Positions 48,920 through 62,300 of a stretch of 64,000 nucleotides of DNA are shown here, piece after piece. Positions within the stretch are counted from its first letter, which is position 1; each line of letters starts with the position of its first letter. The stretch comes from a virus. Its lineage: Duplodnaviria; Caudoviricetes. A program made the translations under genes and the position numbers. Under the pieces are notes generated by a model. That model was not told where the DNA came from. It saw only the letters and a list, made by a program, of their open reading frames with translations, and searched no databases. The DNA lies in the IMG/VR virus record IMGVR_UViG_3300028888_000052. The stretch is one strand, 5' to 3'.

Positions 48920-49171
48920 ATGAAAAAGATTCGTAAGCAAATACTTCGAGATGCTTGTTGGTATTTTGTTGAGAAAGTTGACAAGAAGCCAGAGTTTTTC
49001 AATGATATTACAAATACACTTAATAATGCTGTTGAAATTGACGGAATTATTGAAGTAGACGAAAAGCTTATTAAAGATATTTGTGATTATTGCGAAAAGC
49101 AAGCAATTTGGGACAAGCTTAATAGATATGGAGATTTTTATTATAAACTCACAAGATATTTTTGGGTATGA
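48920..49171 (+). CDS. Hypothetical protein
   Basis: Start re-assigned to ATG 48920. Confidence 0.65.
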   Translation: MKKIRKQILRDACWYFVEKVDKKPEFFNDITNTLNNAVEIDGIIEVDEKLIKDICDYCEKQAIWDKLNRYGDFYYKLTRYFWV

Positions 49172-49437
49172 AATTTGTTTTTACAGAAACTAAAGAAATA
49201 GAATTTGATATTGACTTTCAAAAAGTTTATGATTATGTAAAGAAAGACCTTGAAAGTGACCCAGATTATCACCCAACCCAATGGGATATTCATGTTAATT
49301 TTGGTGATAATATGGATTATTATCTTAAGAAAATTTATGATTATGTTATAGAAGATAATGAATCTAATATGCTTACCATGGATTATATTTTCAAGGAGTG
49401 GGGAAATTGGATTCAAACAAATAAAATAGATAAATAA
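49168..49437 (+). CDS. Hypothetical protein
   Basis: ATGA overlap. Confidence 0.65.
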   Translation: MKFVFTETKEIEFDIDFQKVYDYVKKDLESDPDYHPTQWDIHVNFGDNMDYYLKKIYDYVIEDNESNMLTMDYIFKEWGNWIQTNKIDK

Positions 49438-49781
49438 TGAGTCTACTTTGGAAGAAATATAGAATAACATTTGAATTGCCAACTAAAGACAATAAATGGT
49501 TTAGATATGCAACAGTTGAGTTTGAACAAAAACGAAATTGGTATTGGTTTGTATCTGAAAATATGGCACTTCATCGATGTGTATTAAATTGTATTAGAGA
49601 ATTTTTTAAAATTTGTGTTAACCTTAATTGGATTTACGAAGGCGAAGATCCCAATAGATTAATTGATGAAAAGAAGTTAGAATTGGTTAATAAGCATATT
49701 CGTACTAATTGGATTATGGATTGGCAACCAACAATCCCAGGAAAAATTAGAAATATTGAATTAACATATTTGATAAGATAA
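49437..49781 (+). CDS. Hypothetical protein
   Basis: TAATG coupling. Confidence 0.65.
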   Translation: MSLLWKKYRITFELPTKDNKWFRYATVEFEQKRNWYWFVSENMALHRCVLNCIREFFKICVNLNWIYEGEDPNRLIDEKKLELVNKHIRTNWIMDWQPTIPGKIRNIELTYLIR

Positions 49782-49783
49782 TT

Positions 49784-50194
49784 ATGAATGATGTAGCAAA
49801 ATATAAACTTGAGCTTATTTCAAAAGATAATGAATATACAAGATGCCGCATAGGTGGTCTTGATATGGTTTATCATAAATGTAGTTATAATAATGAACTA
49901 CAATCATTTGGTGGTATATGTGGATTAATTCGTTGTAAAGAATATCCTGGCTATTGTTTCTTATGTATGACTTACCATAAACATAAAAGCGGAGAATTTG
50001 ATATGCCTAATTATATTATTGATTTTTCTCCACTTTATAATAGTGAAGGTCAAATGATTCTTATTGAATATTCACATGATGATATATGTACTTCAATTGA
50101 TAGAGGTTATAAAGACTATATGACAAATAAGTGGGTTGATTGTCAACTTACATTTTGGAATAATGGATGTTTTGATGAATGGATAAATAAATAA
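49784..50194 (+). CDS. Hypothetical protein
   Basis: Operon spacing. Confidence 0.65.
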   Translation: MNDVAKYKLELISKDNEYTRCRIGGLDMVYHKCSYNNELQSFGGICGLIRCKEYPGYCFLCMTYHKHKSGEFDMPNYIIDFSPLYNSEGQMILIEYSHDDICTSIDRGYKDYMTNKWVDCQLTFWNNGCFDEWINK

Positions 50195-50195
50195 T

Positions 50196-50912
50196 ATGGC
50201 AGCAATAGATAAAACTTATACAGATAAAAATGGACTTATTGAGGTAATTGATTGGTGCCTCAAAGTAGGAAAATGCAAACTTGAGAATGGATATACATTT
50301 CGTCCATTAAATTTCATTTATGGGTATAATGAGCTTGATGATAATTATCGTCCTGTTCATGAGCAAGATACATATGTAGTTTGGAACACACCGGTTTGGT
50401 TTGATCGTTGGCTTTGGCTAAATTGCCCGGTTCAACTAATCAAAGATAGAATTTTAGATCAATATGGTGAAGATGGTGTAAAAGAGTTTGAGGACTTTGT
50501 TTATGCTGATCCAAATAATGACATTAGGCTTGGTAGGCAACATTATACTTTCTTGAAAGAGCCAAAATGGAAGGCATGGAAATGGTTTGCTAATAATGCT
50601 CGTAGAGATTGGAGGTGGCCAGGAAATTGCAAGCAAGCTACTCTTGAAATGTCAGTTACTCTTCCTGGTGATAAGAAAGATTGGTTTAAAAATGAATTAA
50701 AATATTGTTCTGTAGTAGATAGATGGTACCCAGATTTTGGTTACATGCCAGTTGATCATAACCAGGGATATGTATGGCAAATCTATCATAAAAATATTCC
50801 TTCAAAAAAGACTATTATAAGAGAGTTGCGTAAATGGTATTTTCCAACTGGAACTATTGTTAAGATTAAAGGAATTAGATTAAAAATTGATTGGGAGATT
50901 TTGGTAAAATGA
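50196..50912 (+). CDS. Hypothetical Trp-rich protein
   Basis: 238-aa ORF. Confidence 0.72.
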   Translation: MAAIDKTYTDKNGLIEVIDWCLKVGKCKLENGYTFRPLNFIYGYNELDDNYRPVHEQDTYVVWNTPVWFDRWLWLNCPVQLIKDRILDQYGEDGVKEFEDFVYADPNNDIRLGRQHYTFLKEPKWKAWKWFANNARRDWRWPGNCKQATLEMSVTLPGDKKDWFKNELKYCSVVDRWYPDFGYMPVDHNQGYVWQIYHKNIPSKKTIIRELRKWYFPTGTIVKIKGIRLKIDWEILVK

Positions 50913-51169
50913 ATATAGCTTGTCAAATAAAATTTTTAGATACTTCAACAGCTTCTTTTAGAATTGTTGATCAGTATGATTATACTGGTGATGTAGGAAA
51001 ATTTCCTATACCGAGAAAAGATGAACATGTAAATCTTTTAGATAAAAATAAACGTGCATGTATTGATTATGTTGTACAAGATATTAAATATACTTATAAG
51101 CATGATGTAGGTTTATTTTCTAATAATGTCATTGTAGACATATCAATTCATGTAAGACGCGTATACTAA
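50909..51169 (+). CDS. Hypothetical protein
   Basis: ATGA overlap. Confidence 0.6.
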   Translation: MNIACQIKFLDTSTASFRIVDQYDYTGDVGKFPIPRKDEHVNLLDKNKRACIDYVVQDIKYTYKHDVGLFSNNVIVDISIHVRRVY

Positions 51170-51768
51170 TGATATTTGAAGGTAAAGATAAACAACAAGT
51201 AGATGTACTTAGAAAATATATTGAATCATTAGGAGGTTCGTTAATAAGGGAATGTACAGGTGGTTCAATATATTATTCTTTAGGGCATATTGAATGTCTT
51301 AGAATTTCTGACCATATTGGGTTAAAATTTGATGCATTTAAGATTGATATAATATTAAAAGATAATAAATTTGTTTGTATCTATAATAGAGATTTTCTTA
51401 CATTTGATAAGATAGCTGAAGTTAAGCAATGGATTTATGATATGAAATTTGCATTGAATTTATTTTATATGCATATTGAAAATTCATATGATAATGAAAT
51501 GTCTAATCTTAGAAAAGCATTAAATAGAAAGCAAAATGATATTGAGCATCTTGAAAAAATCAATAAAGATTTGACAAGGCAATTAAAAGAATCTTCAGAT
51601 CAAATCGCTAAACGTGATAGACAACTTGAAGATAAGACTAATAAACTAATTAGAGCTTCAGAATATCATAATAAGTGTCAAGAATTAGAATCACAATTAA
51701 AGAAACAACAAGAACAATTAAAAGAATTATATATTTGGAAAAGTCATTTTAATGATGGATGGGTTTAA
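51169..51768 (+). CDS. Hypothetical protein with C-terminal coiled coil
   Basis: LRISDH motif; heptad tail. Confidence 0.7.
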   Translation: MIFEGKDKQQVDVLRKYIESLGGSLIRECTGGSIYYSLGHIECLRISDHIGLKFDAFKIDIILKDNKFVCIYNRDFLTFDKIAEVKQWIYDMKFALNLFYMHIENSYDNEMSNLRKALNRKQNDIEHLEKINKDLTRQLKESSDQIAKRDRQLEDKTNKLIRASEYHNKCQELESQLKKQQEQLKELYIWKSHFNDGWV

Positions 51769-52009
51769 TTTACAAGATAGGATATTTAGAGGATATTTAT
51801 TAGATGAATGGGGAACTAATAAAATTGATGGTGCATACCAATTAGGATGTCACCCTTGTGATTTATGTGAATTAACAGAAGAATGTGATAGACTTGCAGA
51901 TGATTTAAATAATATTGAATATTGTATGTGTCTATCTAAAGGTATTATAAAAGATACAGAATTTAAGAAAAATCATCCTAATGCATTCTTTAAGTATTAT
52001 AAAAAATAA
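51752..52009 (+). CDS. Small Cys-containing protein
   Basis: CHPCDLC...C...CMC, possible metal binding. Confidence 0.6.
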   Translation: MMDGFNLQDRIFRGYLLDEWGTNKIDGAYQLGCHPCDLCELTEECDRLADDLNNIEYCMCLSKGIIKDTEFKKNHPNAFFKYYKK

Positions 52010-52106
52010 ATTTATGAAATTTTTATAACAAAAATAACTATTTTTTAAAGGTGATGGAATAATCCATTACTCTAAATATATTTTTAACATTTAAATTTAA
52101 CAAAAA

Positions 52107-53249
52107 ATGAAAAAGTTTATTTTGACATTGTTCATCGCTTTGGCGATGGTATTTACAGCTAATGCTCAGATAGCTACTGAGAATTCAAAGGTTTTGGACA
52201 ATACTTATGTAGGTGTTGAGGCAGGTGTTTCTACTCCTCTCAATTTCAATTCTGTATTTCCAGTAAATCCTATTGTAGGTATTAAGCTCGGTAAAGAGTT
52301 GACACCAGTATTTGGTTTTGAAGTAGAAGGTCTTGTTACTTCAGGCGATAATTTCTATCGTTATGGATATAATTCTTCTATACTCCCTTGGGATGAAGGT
52401 GCATTTAATGTTCATAAGGATGGTTCAATGAATACATTTGTTAAGGCTACAAATGTTGGCTTGAATGGTGTAATTAATTGGTCAAATCTTTTATTTGGAT
52501 ATCAAGGAACACCTCATTTCTTTGAAGTAAAGACTAATACCGGTTTGGGATGGTTGCATTATTTTGGTGATTTTACTACTAATAAAGTAGGTGGTTATAA
52601 ACCTGGTGGCCAACGTAATGTATTGACTGCTAAGACCGCTATTGATTTTGCATTTAATCTTGGTAATACTAAGGCTCATACCATAACTGTATCTCCTGGT
52701 ATTTATTGGGGATTGAATGATGAAAGCAACATTAAGTTCAATAAGAACTATGCTCAATTTGGTATTATGGTAGGTTATGCTTATCATTTCAAGACTTCTA
52801 ATGGTACTCGTCATTTCAAAACTTATGATGTAGGTGCTATGGTTGGTGAAATTGATCGTTTGAATCAAGAACTTGCTAAGAAGCCTACTGAAGTTATTAA
52901 GTACGTAGAAGTTCCTGCTAAGAATGTAGAGCAACCTGTTACAAATGCAGTTCAACACGCTACAGGTTTTGGAGTAAATGAAACAGTTTACTTTGGTTAC
53001 GATAGCGCTGAACTTGATGCCCGTGCTAAGGAAACACTTGATAAGCTTGGTGAAAATGGCATTTATGTAGTTAAAGCTTATGCTTCAAGTGAAGGTTCAA
53101 CAGAATATAACAAAGCTCTTTCACAACGTCGTGCTGATGCTGTAAAAGCATACCTTGAGGAACGTGGTTGTAGAGTTGAATCTGCTACTGGTTATGGAGT
53201 ACTTTTTGGTACAACTACTGGTCGTGTAGCTGTTGTTACAAACAAGTAA
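52107..53249 (+). CDS. OmpA-family outer membrane protein (Prevotella/Bacteroides type)
   Basis: Signal peptide ending ANA-Q, beta-barrel strands, C-terminal VYFGYDSAEL..AYASSEG..YNKALSQRRADAVK. Confidence 0.9.
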   Translation: MKKFILTLFIALAMVFTANAQIATENSKVLDNTYVGVEAGVSTPLNFNSVFPVNPIVGIKLGKELTPVFGFEVEGLVTSGDNFYRYGYNSSILPWDEGAFNVHKDGSMNTFVKATNVGLNGVINWSNLLFGYQGTPHFFEVKTNTGLGWLHYFGDFTTNKVGGYKPGGQRNVLTAKTAIDFAFNLGNTKAHTITVSPGIYWGLNDESNIKFNKNYAQFGIMVGYAYHFKTSNGTRHFKTYDVGAMVGEIDRLNQELAKKPTEVIKYVEVPAKNVEQPVTNAVQHATGFGVNETVYFGYDSAELDARAKETLDKLGENGIYVVKAYASSEGSTEYNKALSQRRADAVKAYLEERGCRVESATGYGVLFGTTTGRVAVVTNK

Positions 53250-53277
53250 GTTAATTATTATTTATTTTATTTATATT

Positions 53278-53305
53278 AAGGAGCAACGAAAGTTGCTCCT
53301 TTTTT
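53278..53305 (+). terminator. Intrinsic terminator
   Basis: aaggagcaac-gaaa-gttgctcctt plus T-run. Confidence 0.9.
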
Positions 53306-53374
53306 GTTATATATTATCTAAAATAAAGACTATTTATTTTATTTTTATATAAGAAATTAACATTTGTATGTTGA

Positions 53375-56300
53375 ATGGCTGATGATAAAATTTTAAGTAG
53401 TCTTACTAATATTGGAAAAGATGTTAAAGGTATACATGGTCAAGTAAAGAAATTCGGTCCAAAATTACCAAGTGGTAATTCTGAAGAAGATGAATTAATT
53501 GATGAAGCCCAATTAAATACTTTTACTGCTCTTGCCGGTTTATTAGGTGTATTGTTTGGTAAGAAAGTTACTAAATTAGGTGATGTTACACAAATCATAA
53601 ATAAAAGTACAACAAAGGATAATTTATTTGTTGTACTTAAAAACTTTGTAGATGCACAAATCAATCCTAAAGATTTATATCGTAAAGATTCTATACTTGA
53701 TAAATTTATTAAACAAAGTATAGGAGCTTGGACTACTGAATTTAAAAAATCAATTAAACCTTTATTACAAGATATTTACGGACAAGATTTTACTTATTTA
53801 AGTGATATTTTTGATACAATTGATAATTTAGACTTAGATGGAAAATTTCAAGAATTAGTTTCAGCTATTGAGGAATTACAAGATATAATCAAAAATAATA
53901 AACCACTTAAAGAAGAAAAATCTGAATTAGCATTAGGTTCAACAGATATTTTAGATAATTATGTAGGAGAAATTAAAGCACTTTTAACAGCTGTTAATGA
54001 AAGTGTTTTAAAAATTGATGGTAAATTACCAAAAGACCTTTCAGAATTAATTAAGCAAAAAGAAGAAGAAATAGCTAAAGGTAAAATAGATATTGAGTTA
54101 ATATCTAATACACAAGACTTAAATACATTGATAGAAACTATTAAGTCATTCTCTGAAAATTCTGAAAATATAGATGCTAATTTTGAAAATATTATTAAAT
54201 CAATTAATAGCTTAGTTAATCTTATAGATAATTTAAATTCTGAATTAGAAAAAATAGATGCTAATAAGATTGCTCGAAATATATCGAATATTATAGAAGT
54301 TTTAGGAAAAAGAGGTGATAATAAGGAAACTAATGGAAAGAATTTACATACATTAATTACTAATTTAATGGGAATTATACCAGATGCATCTGAATCTGCT
54401 ACTAAAAAACAAGATGTACAAGCTGCTATAGATTTGATTGGTACATTAACTAAGATTCAATCTATGAAAATTGGTGTTTCTGATATTTCAACAATTCTTG
54501 ATAGTTATATTAAAATAACTGAAAAGGGTGGACAAATGTCGAAGTTATTTGATAATATTAGAGAACTTGGTGATGTAGCTATTAATCCTGATACCGAAAA
54601 ATCATTGAAGGCAATAGAAAAATTATTTGATTTATTGCAAAAAGATTTATACATTAGTCCATTTAAAGCTATTAGAATAAAATTTGGTTTAATGAATTTT
54701 AGAGTTATTCTTTCTAAAGAATTTGTAAAGTTAACAAAATCTTTAGAAGGATTAGCTAAATTATCAGAAGAACAAAATAATTCTATCGTAATTATCAATA
54801 ATCTTATTGAAGCAATATCTAAAATAGGAGATTTAGGAATATTTAGACAAATTAAAATGATGTTAAATATTAAATTCTTAAAATCTTTCCTTATTAAAGA
54901 TATTAAAGATTTATTAGATGAAGTTAGAGATAGTTTATCGAATTCTGATGCAGATGCAATAGCTACTGTATTAGAAAATATTGATACAATATTTAATTCA
55001 TTAGTTAATATTGGTAATATTGATATTAAAGAATATGGAGAATTAAAACAAAGAATAAATTATTTGATGGGTATTCTTAAAGATGATTTACCTGAAATAA
55101 TTAAACAAATATCTTCATATAAAGTAGAATTAGAAAGTATAGAAAATATTTCTAAGTATTTAGATAATGTTAAGCATATGCTTGGTGCATTACCAGGTAT
55201 GTTCTTATTGTTAGGCTCTATTCTTAAGTTAGATTTATTGAATTCAAATGTTATACCACAATTGAATCAATCAACTATTCTTTTAAGTAATTTAAGAATG
55301 AGATCTGATATGGAAGCCCTTGAATTTTGGGATGTATTAAAATATGAATTATCAGAATTAGAAAATATAAACACCATTATTTCAGATAATAAAACATATA
55401 AGCAAACAATAAAGACTATTAAATCTGAAATGATACCAGAATTAGTGTCTATTGAAAATTTCTTAATGGAATTAAATAAACTTTTAGAAATTTCAATAGA
55501 TAAAGATTCTATTAAAAACCTTAATGAAGTCATAACTAAGTTTAATGAATTACCATTTGATAATTTACCACAAACTTCAGTTATGAATACAGTTGATGAA
55601 ATTGTATTAGTTATCAAGAAAATATTTGAAGATTTACCTAAAGAGAAAATCGATCAAAACTTATTATCTTCTGTAATAGAAGATTATACTCTCTTAATTA
55701 TGTCTTTTGATAAAGATACTGATTTAGGTAAAGCTATAACTAATATTGCAGTAATCAAGAAAAGTGATTTTGAGAATTTAAAGAATTTAGCTAAATATCT
55801 TAATGAATTAAATAAAATAGGAAAAATTCTTGTAGCTGTTGATAGTGCAGAAAAGATATTGACTGGTATTGAGACCTTAGTAAAAATGGTAATTAATATC
55901 AATGAAAAATTAAATAATGCTATAAAGAATGTTTCTATAGATCAAGACCAAATTAAAGAATTATCTAATGGTATTAAAGAATTAATGAAAGTAGTAGTAA
56001 TGAGTGCTGCTTTATTAATTATTGCTGGTATGGCTCTTATGGTTGTTCCAATTGCAAATATATTTATGTTTACTGTAACATTAACAATGTTTGTAGGAAC
56101 AATATTAGGAGTATTTGGTTATGCTTCTAAATATGCTAATCCAGCTATGGAAACTTTAGATGATTTAACTAAATTAGTTGTTGGTTCAGCATTAGTATTA
56201 ATATTTGGTGGCTTAGTTGCTAAACTTGGTATTTTAGGTGATGCATTTATATTTGCTATGGAATTAGCTGTATTTGTTGGTGCCATTACATTCTTGTTTG

Positions 56301-59300
56301 CCAAAGCATCAAGTCAAACACAAAAAGCTATTGAAGGTCTTGAAGATTTTACAATGTTAGTTGTAGCTTCAGGTTTAGTATTAATACTTGGTTCTGTTAT
56401 ATATCATTTCATCAAATGGGAAGATTTATTTGGTTTTACCATTGCTGTTGGTGCATTTATATTTGCTATGACATTTACTGTAGCAATGTTTGCTGATCAA
56501 CTTAAAGAATCATTAGAAGGTGTTAAAGATTTAGCAATACTTGTTGTTGCCACTGGTTTAACTATTGCTTTAGGTTCATTTATGTTTAAATGGGTTGATT
56601 GGGCATCAGCTTTCTTATTTGTAGGAGCTACATTATTATTTACTGTTGCTATAGTAACTATATTTGGACTTTTAGATTCTAAATTAGGTATATTAGATCC
56701 ATTTAGACAAGCTTTAGAAGGTGTTAAAGATTTAGCAATACTTGTTATAGCTGCTGGTTTAACTTTAGCTTTAGGTTCATTTGTATATAAATATGTTGAT
56801 ATCGCTTCTGCTTTCTTATTTACAGCTGTATTAGCAGGATTTATAATTGCGGTTATGATGCCATTTATTTTAGCTAAGTCTTCTGGTATGATTGGATTAG
56901 CTGAAAAGTCTGGTAAAGAATTCGGTATACTTTTATTATTCTCAACATTAGTTTTGATGATAGGTGGATTATTATTCACTTTATATCCTCAAATCATACC
57001 TGGTACTGCTTTATTTGCATTAGTATTGGGTGGATTTGTTTGGGGTGTATGTACTGCATTTAGTAAAGTAGATGCTGAAAAGATTTGGCCTAAAGCTGTT
57101 GCAATATTGTTAATAACTGTTATATCTGGTGCAGTATTATTGTATGCTGGTAAACTTATTGCTGATAACCCAAATATGGCTTGGGCTGTTCCATTATTTG
57201 CAGTTACTTTATTTGGTTATTTAATGGGTATGACACTTGTATTGAAAGTATTAAATAACATTAAAGGTGATTTAATTAAAGGTGTTATAGCTATTGGGTT
57301 ATTATGTGTAGTAACAATGTTAGCTGCTAAAGCTATTGAAATGGCTGCTGAAATGGTTCATAAATATTCATGGGCTGAAATTGGTGGAGGTATATTAGCT
57401 CTTATTACTGGTATAGGTCTTATTGGATTAGCTTATTGGGCATTTGGTTATGCCGCTTTCTTAGATGGTGGTTTAGGTTTAGGATTAGCTGCATTAGCAT
57501 TAACAGCAATTAGTGGTTTATCATTCTTGACAGTAAATGCTTTAATGTATGTTACAAAACACCAAAAAGATATCAAGGTAACAGAAGTTAAGAAATTTAG
57601 GAATGCTATTAAAGCAATGGGTGGTCTTGCAGAAGAATTAGTAGATCAATTTGGTAGTCTTAAGATGATATTTGTATTGCCAACCGTTAGTGCTTCTGTA
57701 ACAACACTTGGTTTTGCTTTATCTCAAATAGCTAAAGCAGTAGCTGATTATTCTTCTTTAGTAGTTCCTGAATATGAAGGAAAGAAAATAATTAGATATA
57801 GAAAACTTACTTCAAAAGACTTTAATCAAGCAGCTCGTAATGTAAAACAAATTATTACTGTTTTAGGTGGAGCTGTTATAGATACTTATGATAGAAAACC
57901 TGAAATATTTGAAACTAATTTCTTTGGTAGATCTAAGTTTGCCACTGTAACTAAGTCACTTAAGACTTTAGGTCCTATGCTTTCTACAATAGCAAAAGCT
58001 GTTAAGAATTATGCATCATTAACAATACCAGAATATAAAGGTGGTAAAGAAGTTGTAAGTTATAGAAAATTAGGAGATGAAGATTTTAAAGCAGCAGCAC
58101 GTAATGTTTCAGTAATTATCACAACATTAGGTGGAGCTGTTATAGATACTTATGACAAAAAACCAGAGATATTTGAAACTAATTTCTGGGGAACATCTAA
58201 GTTCTCTAAAGTAACTAAATCATTAAAGACTTTAGCACCACTTATTTCAAGTATTGCTAAATCAGTTCAAACTTATGCAAATCTCAAAGTAGCTGATTAT
58301 GGTGATGTAGTTGAATATGATAAGAATGGTAATCCAAAGATTAAAAAATATTTACCATTAACTGATCAAGATTTTGTATCGGCTGCTACTAATGTACAAA
58401 CAATTATCTCTACTTTAGGTGGCGCTATAATTGCTTGTTATGATGCTAAACCAGAAATGTATGATTCTGGTTTATTTAGAAAATCTAAATTTGCTAAAGT
58501 GGTAGATGCCAACATTACATTAGCTAAGCTTATTTCTCGTATTGGTAAAGCAGTTGCTGATATGAGTAATCTTAAAGTAGCTACTGATTGGTATACTGAA
58601 GGTGACAATATTGGTAAGCCAAAGAAATATGAACAATTAGATAATAAGCATTTTAAAAATGCATCAGATAATATTTTAACAATTATTACAACATTAGGTA
58701 AACCAATTGAAAAAATAGCCGGTGATCCTAAATTATTTGAACTTTATAATTCTACATCAGGATTTATAGGAATAGGTGGTAATAAATCTAAATTCATTAA
58801 AGTTATTGATGGTAATATTAAATTAGCTACACTTATATCAAGAATTGGTAAAGCTGTTGCAGATATGGCTAATTTAAAAGTAGCTACTGAGTGGTATACT
58901 GAAGGTGAACATATTGGTAAACCAAAGAAATATGAACAATTAGATAATAAGCATTTTTCTAAAGCATCACAAAATATTTTAACAGTTATTACAACATTGG
59001 GTAAACCAATTCAAAAGATTGCTGCTGATCAAAAACAAATGGAATTATTTGAAAGTTCATCAGGATTCTTAGGAATAGGTAAGAAAAAATCTAAGTTTGT
59101 AACAGTAATTGATGGTAATCTTAAATTAGCTGGATTAATTTCTAAAATTGGTTCTGCTATTAAAGATGTGTCTCAATTAAAATTAGTTACCGGTTATGAT
59201 AAAGAAGGTAAGCCAACTGGTTATAAAGTAATGGGACAAAAAGAATTTACTCAAGCCGCAGATAATATAAATAAGATTATCACCACTTTAAGTAATTCAA

Positions 59301-62300
59301 TTATCCAAACATACAAAAAGAACCCAAAACTTTTTGAAGATGGAGAAGATTCTGATTTTGCTAAAGCAAATACTGCTATTGGTTCTATGGGTCAAATGAT
59401 TAGCTCTATAGCTGGTGGTATTTCAGCTTATGCCCAATTAAGAATTCCTGATTGGACTGCTGGTACTAATTCAGATGGTACCCCAAAGAAATATTTAGAA
59501 TTAAATAACAAGACATTTAAAGCTGCTTCTGAATCAATTAGTGCTATTATATCTAATATAGGTAAAACAGTTATAGACGAATATAAGAAACATGATAAAT
59601 GGTTTGATGATGGTGAAGATTCTGATTTTGCTAAAGCTTGTACAGCTATAAGTTCAATGGGAACTATGCTTGGTTCTATATCTGAAGGTATTAAAGCATA
59701 TGCTGAATTACGTATACCTACAGAATATGATAAACAAGGTAATCCAATTAAATTTAGAGATTTGACCAATAAAGATTTTGAAAATGCTTCACAAAATATT
59801 GGTTATGTAGTTAGCACAATTGGTAAAGCGGTAATGGAAATGTATACTGGTAAAATAAATGGCGTTCAAGTTATAGATGCTAAATTAGCTAAAGAAATGT
59901 TTGATTATGATCCAGAAAAATCAACAGACTCTATATTTGCTAAAGTAGTTCAAGCATGTACTAATATTGGTGATATGATTGGTTCTATAGCTGAAGGTGT
60001 ACAAATGTATGCTGAAATGAAGATGCCTACCGGATTTGATAAAGAAGGTAAACCAATTGGATATACAAAATTAGATGAAACAACATTCACTAAAGCAGCT
60101 AATACAATTGGTAATATTATTAGTGTAATTGGTGGAGCAATTGACAAGACTTTCTATGAACATAGAAATTGGTTTGAATTACCACCATTAAAGAAGAAAG
60201 GTGGATTCTTAGGTCTTGGTACTGTTGAAGAGCCTAATCCATCTGACCCACCATTTACTAAAGCAGTTAAAGGTTTAAGTCTTATGGGTAATATGATTGG
60301 ATCAATTGCCCAAGGTGTACAAACATTTGCTGCCATGAAGATGCCTGTAGAATTTGCTCCTGATGGTACTCCTACAAAGTATATCCAAATGGATGATGCT
60401 ATGTATGAGAGAGCTGCTGTGGCAATTGGTAAAGTTGTAACTTCTTTAGGTTCATCTATTGATAGAGCATATTGGGATAATATGACTTTATTCAATAATC
60501 CTAATATAAACAAGATAATGTATGCATTTACCCAAATGGGTCAAATTATAAGCTCTATGTCAAGAGGTGTACAAGAATATGCTAAATTAAGTATACCAGA
60601 TGAGATAGACCCAGTAACAGGTAAAGGAAAGAATTATAGAAAGGTTGAAGATAGTGATTTTGTAACTGCCGGTGCACAAGTTGCTAAAGTACTTACTTGT
60701 ATTGGTCAAGCAATAGAAGATGTAGCTGAAGGTAAAACTTTCCAAAGATGGAATTCAAGCAAAACATTAGAGACAGTTACTAATATGTATGCAAAAATAG
60801 TTCCAACTATTAGTAATTTAGCTAATGTTATCAAGCAATTTGCTTCATTATCTATGCCTACTGGATTTGATAAAAATGGTAAAGCTTTAGGATTTGAAAA
60901 GATGAAAGATACTGATATTACTGCTGCTGGTGATGCAATTGGTAAAGTATTAACAGCTATTGGTCAAGGTATCGTAAATGCTATAGGTGATCACCCAGAA
61001 TTATTTGGACAAAATGGTTTGGAAGCAATATTTAATAAAAAATCAGTTGATGAATTACCAGTAATGGTAGCAGCTAAAGCTATTAGTACAATGGCTACAC
61101 CTATTGTACAAATTGCTGGTGTGTTAAAATCATATTCTGGTTCACAATTCTTTGATCCATCAGATAAAGAACATAAAAATCCACTTACTTTAAGTCAAGA
61201 TCAAATTAATAAAGCAAAAGATAATATGTCTGCTGTAATTAGTTCATTAGGTGAAGTAATGTGGCAAGAATTAACTCAAAGTTCACATAAAGATATTTAT
61301 ACAAAGCAATCTAATATTGAATCCGCTAAAGGTGTAATGGATTTAACTATAAGTATTGTTTCTGAAATAATTAGTGGATTTATGCCTATATTTACTCAAT
61401 TAGGTCAACAAATTACATTAGGCAAGAAACAAACAACTGTATTGAATGCATTTACTGATATGGTAGGTGATAAGCCAGAAATTCAAGATAATTTAATCAA
61501 AGTTATCAATGTAGTTGGTTCATTAGGTCAAGCTATTGCTGCCAAGAAGATTAAAGATATTGCTGGACAAGATGAGCAATATAAAACAGCTTTAGATACA
61601 ACAACTAATATCCTTACAGATGCTTATGTAATGGCTTCTATAGCTGAAAAACTTAAAGTTAATGATAAAGATATTTTAACAATTTTCCAAGAAGCCGGAT
61701 ATTCAAAATATTGTAATGGTATTACTCATATAGTTGATGTATTTGGTTCAATAGCTTTCTATATCAAAAACAATAGAATTAAAGATGTAGAAGACTATGA
61801 TGAAAGATATAAATATTTAAAAGATGTAGTAGTTAATATATCTAAATATGCAAGAGTTATTTCGGTTTGGTCTGATGCTAAAATAAATGGAGTTTTATTA
61901 TCTTCTTATTTCTCAGAAAAGGATAATAATGGTGAATATTATGTAAAGATTAAATTAGAGAACATAATAAACACTATGAAAGCATTAAGCTATTTAATTA
62001 AAGAAAATGATATAAAGAATGTTGAAGGTAAAGAGAAAAATTATCAAAGATTATCTGTAGTTGTATTAAGTATTATTTCAACTATGGCTAAGATGACTTC
62101 TAGCCTCAATACTAATTTATCAAATATTGAAAAGTTTATTGCTTATTTCCCTGAATATAATGATATTGATACAAAAGATCCAAATATTATCAAGAAATTC
62201 ATAAAGATTATAGATAATATTTCTGATGTATTGACAAATAGTTTTAATGATGATTTATTAGAATCTATTACTAATTCACATTCAATATTAACTGATGTTA

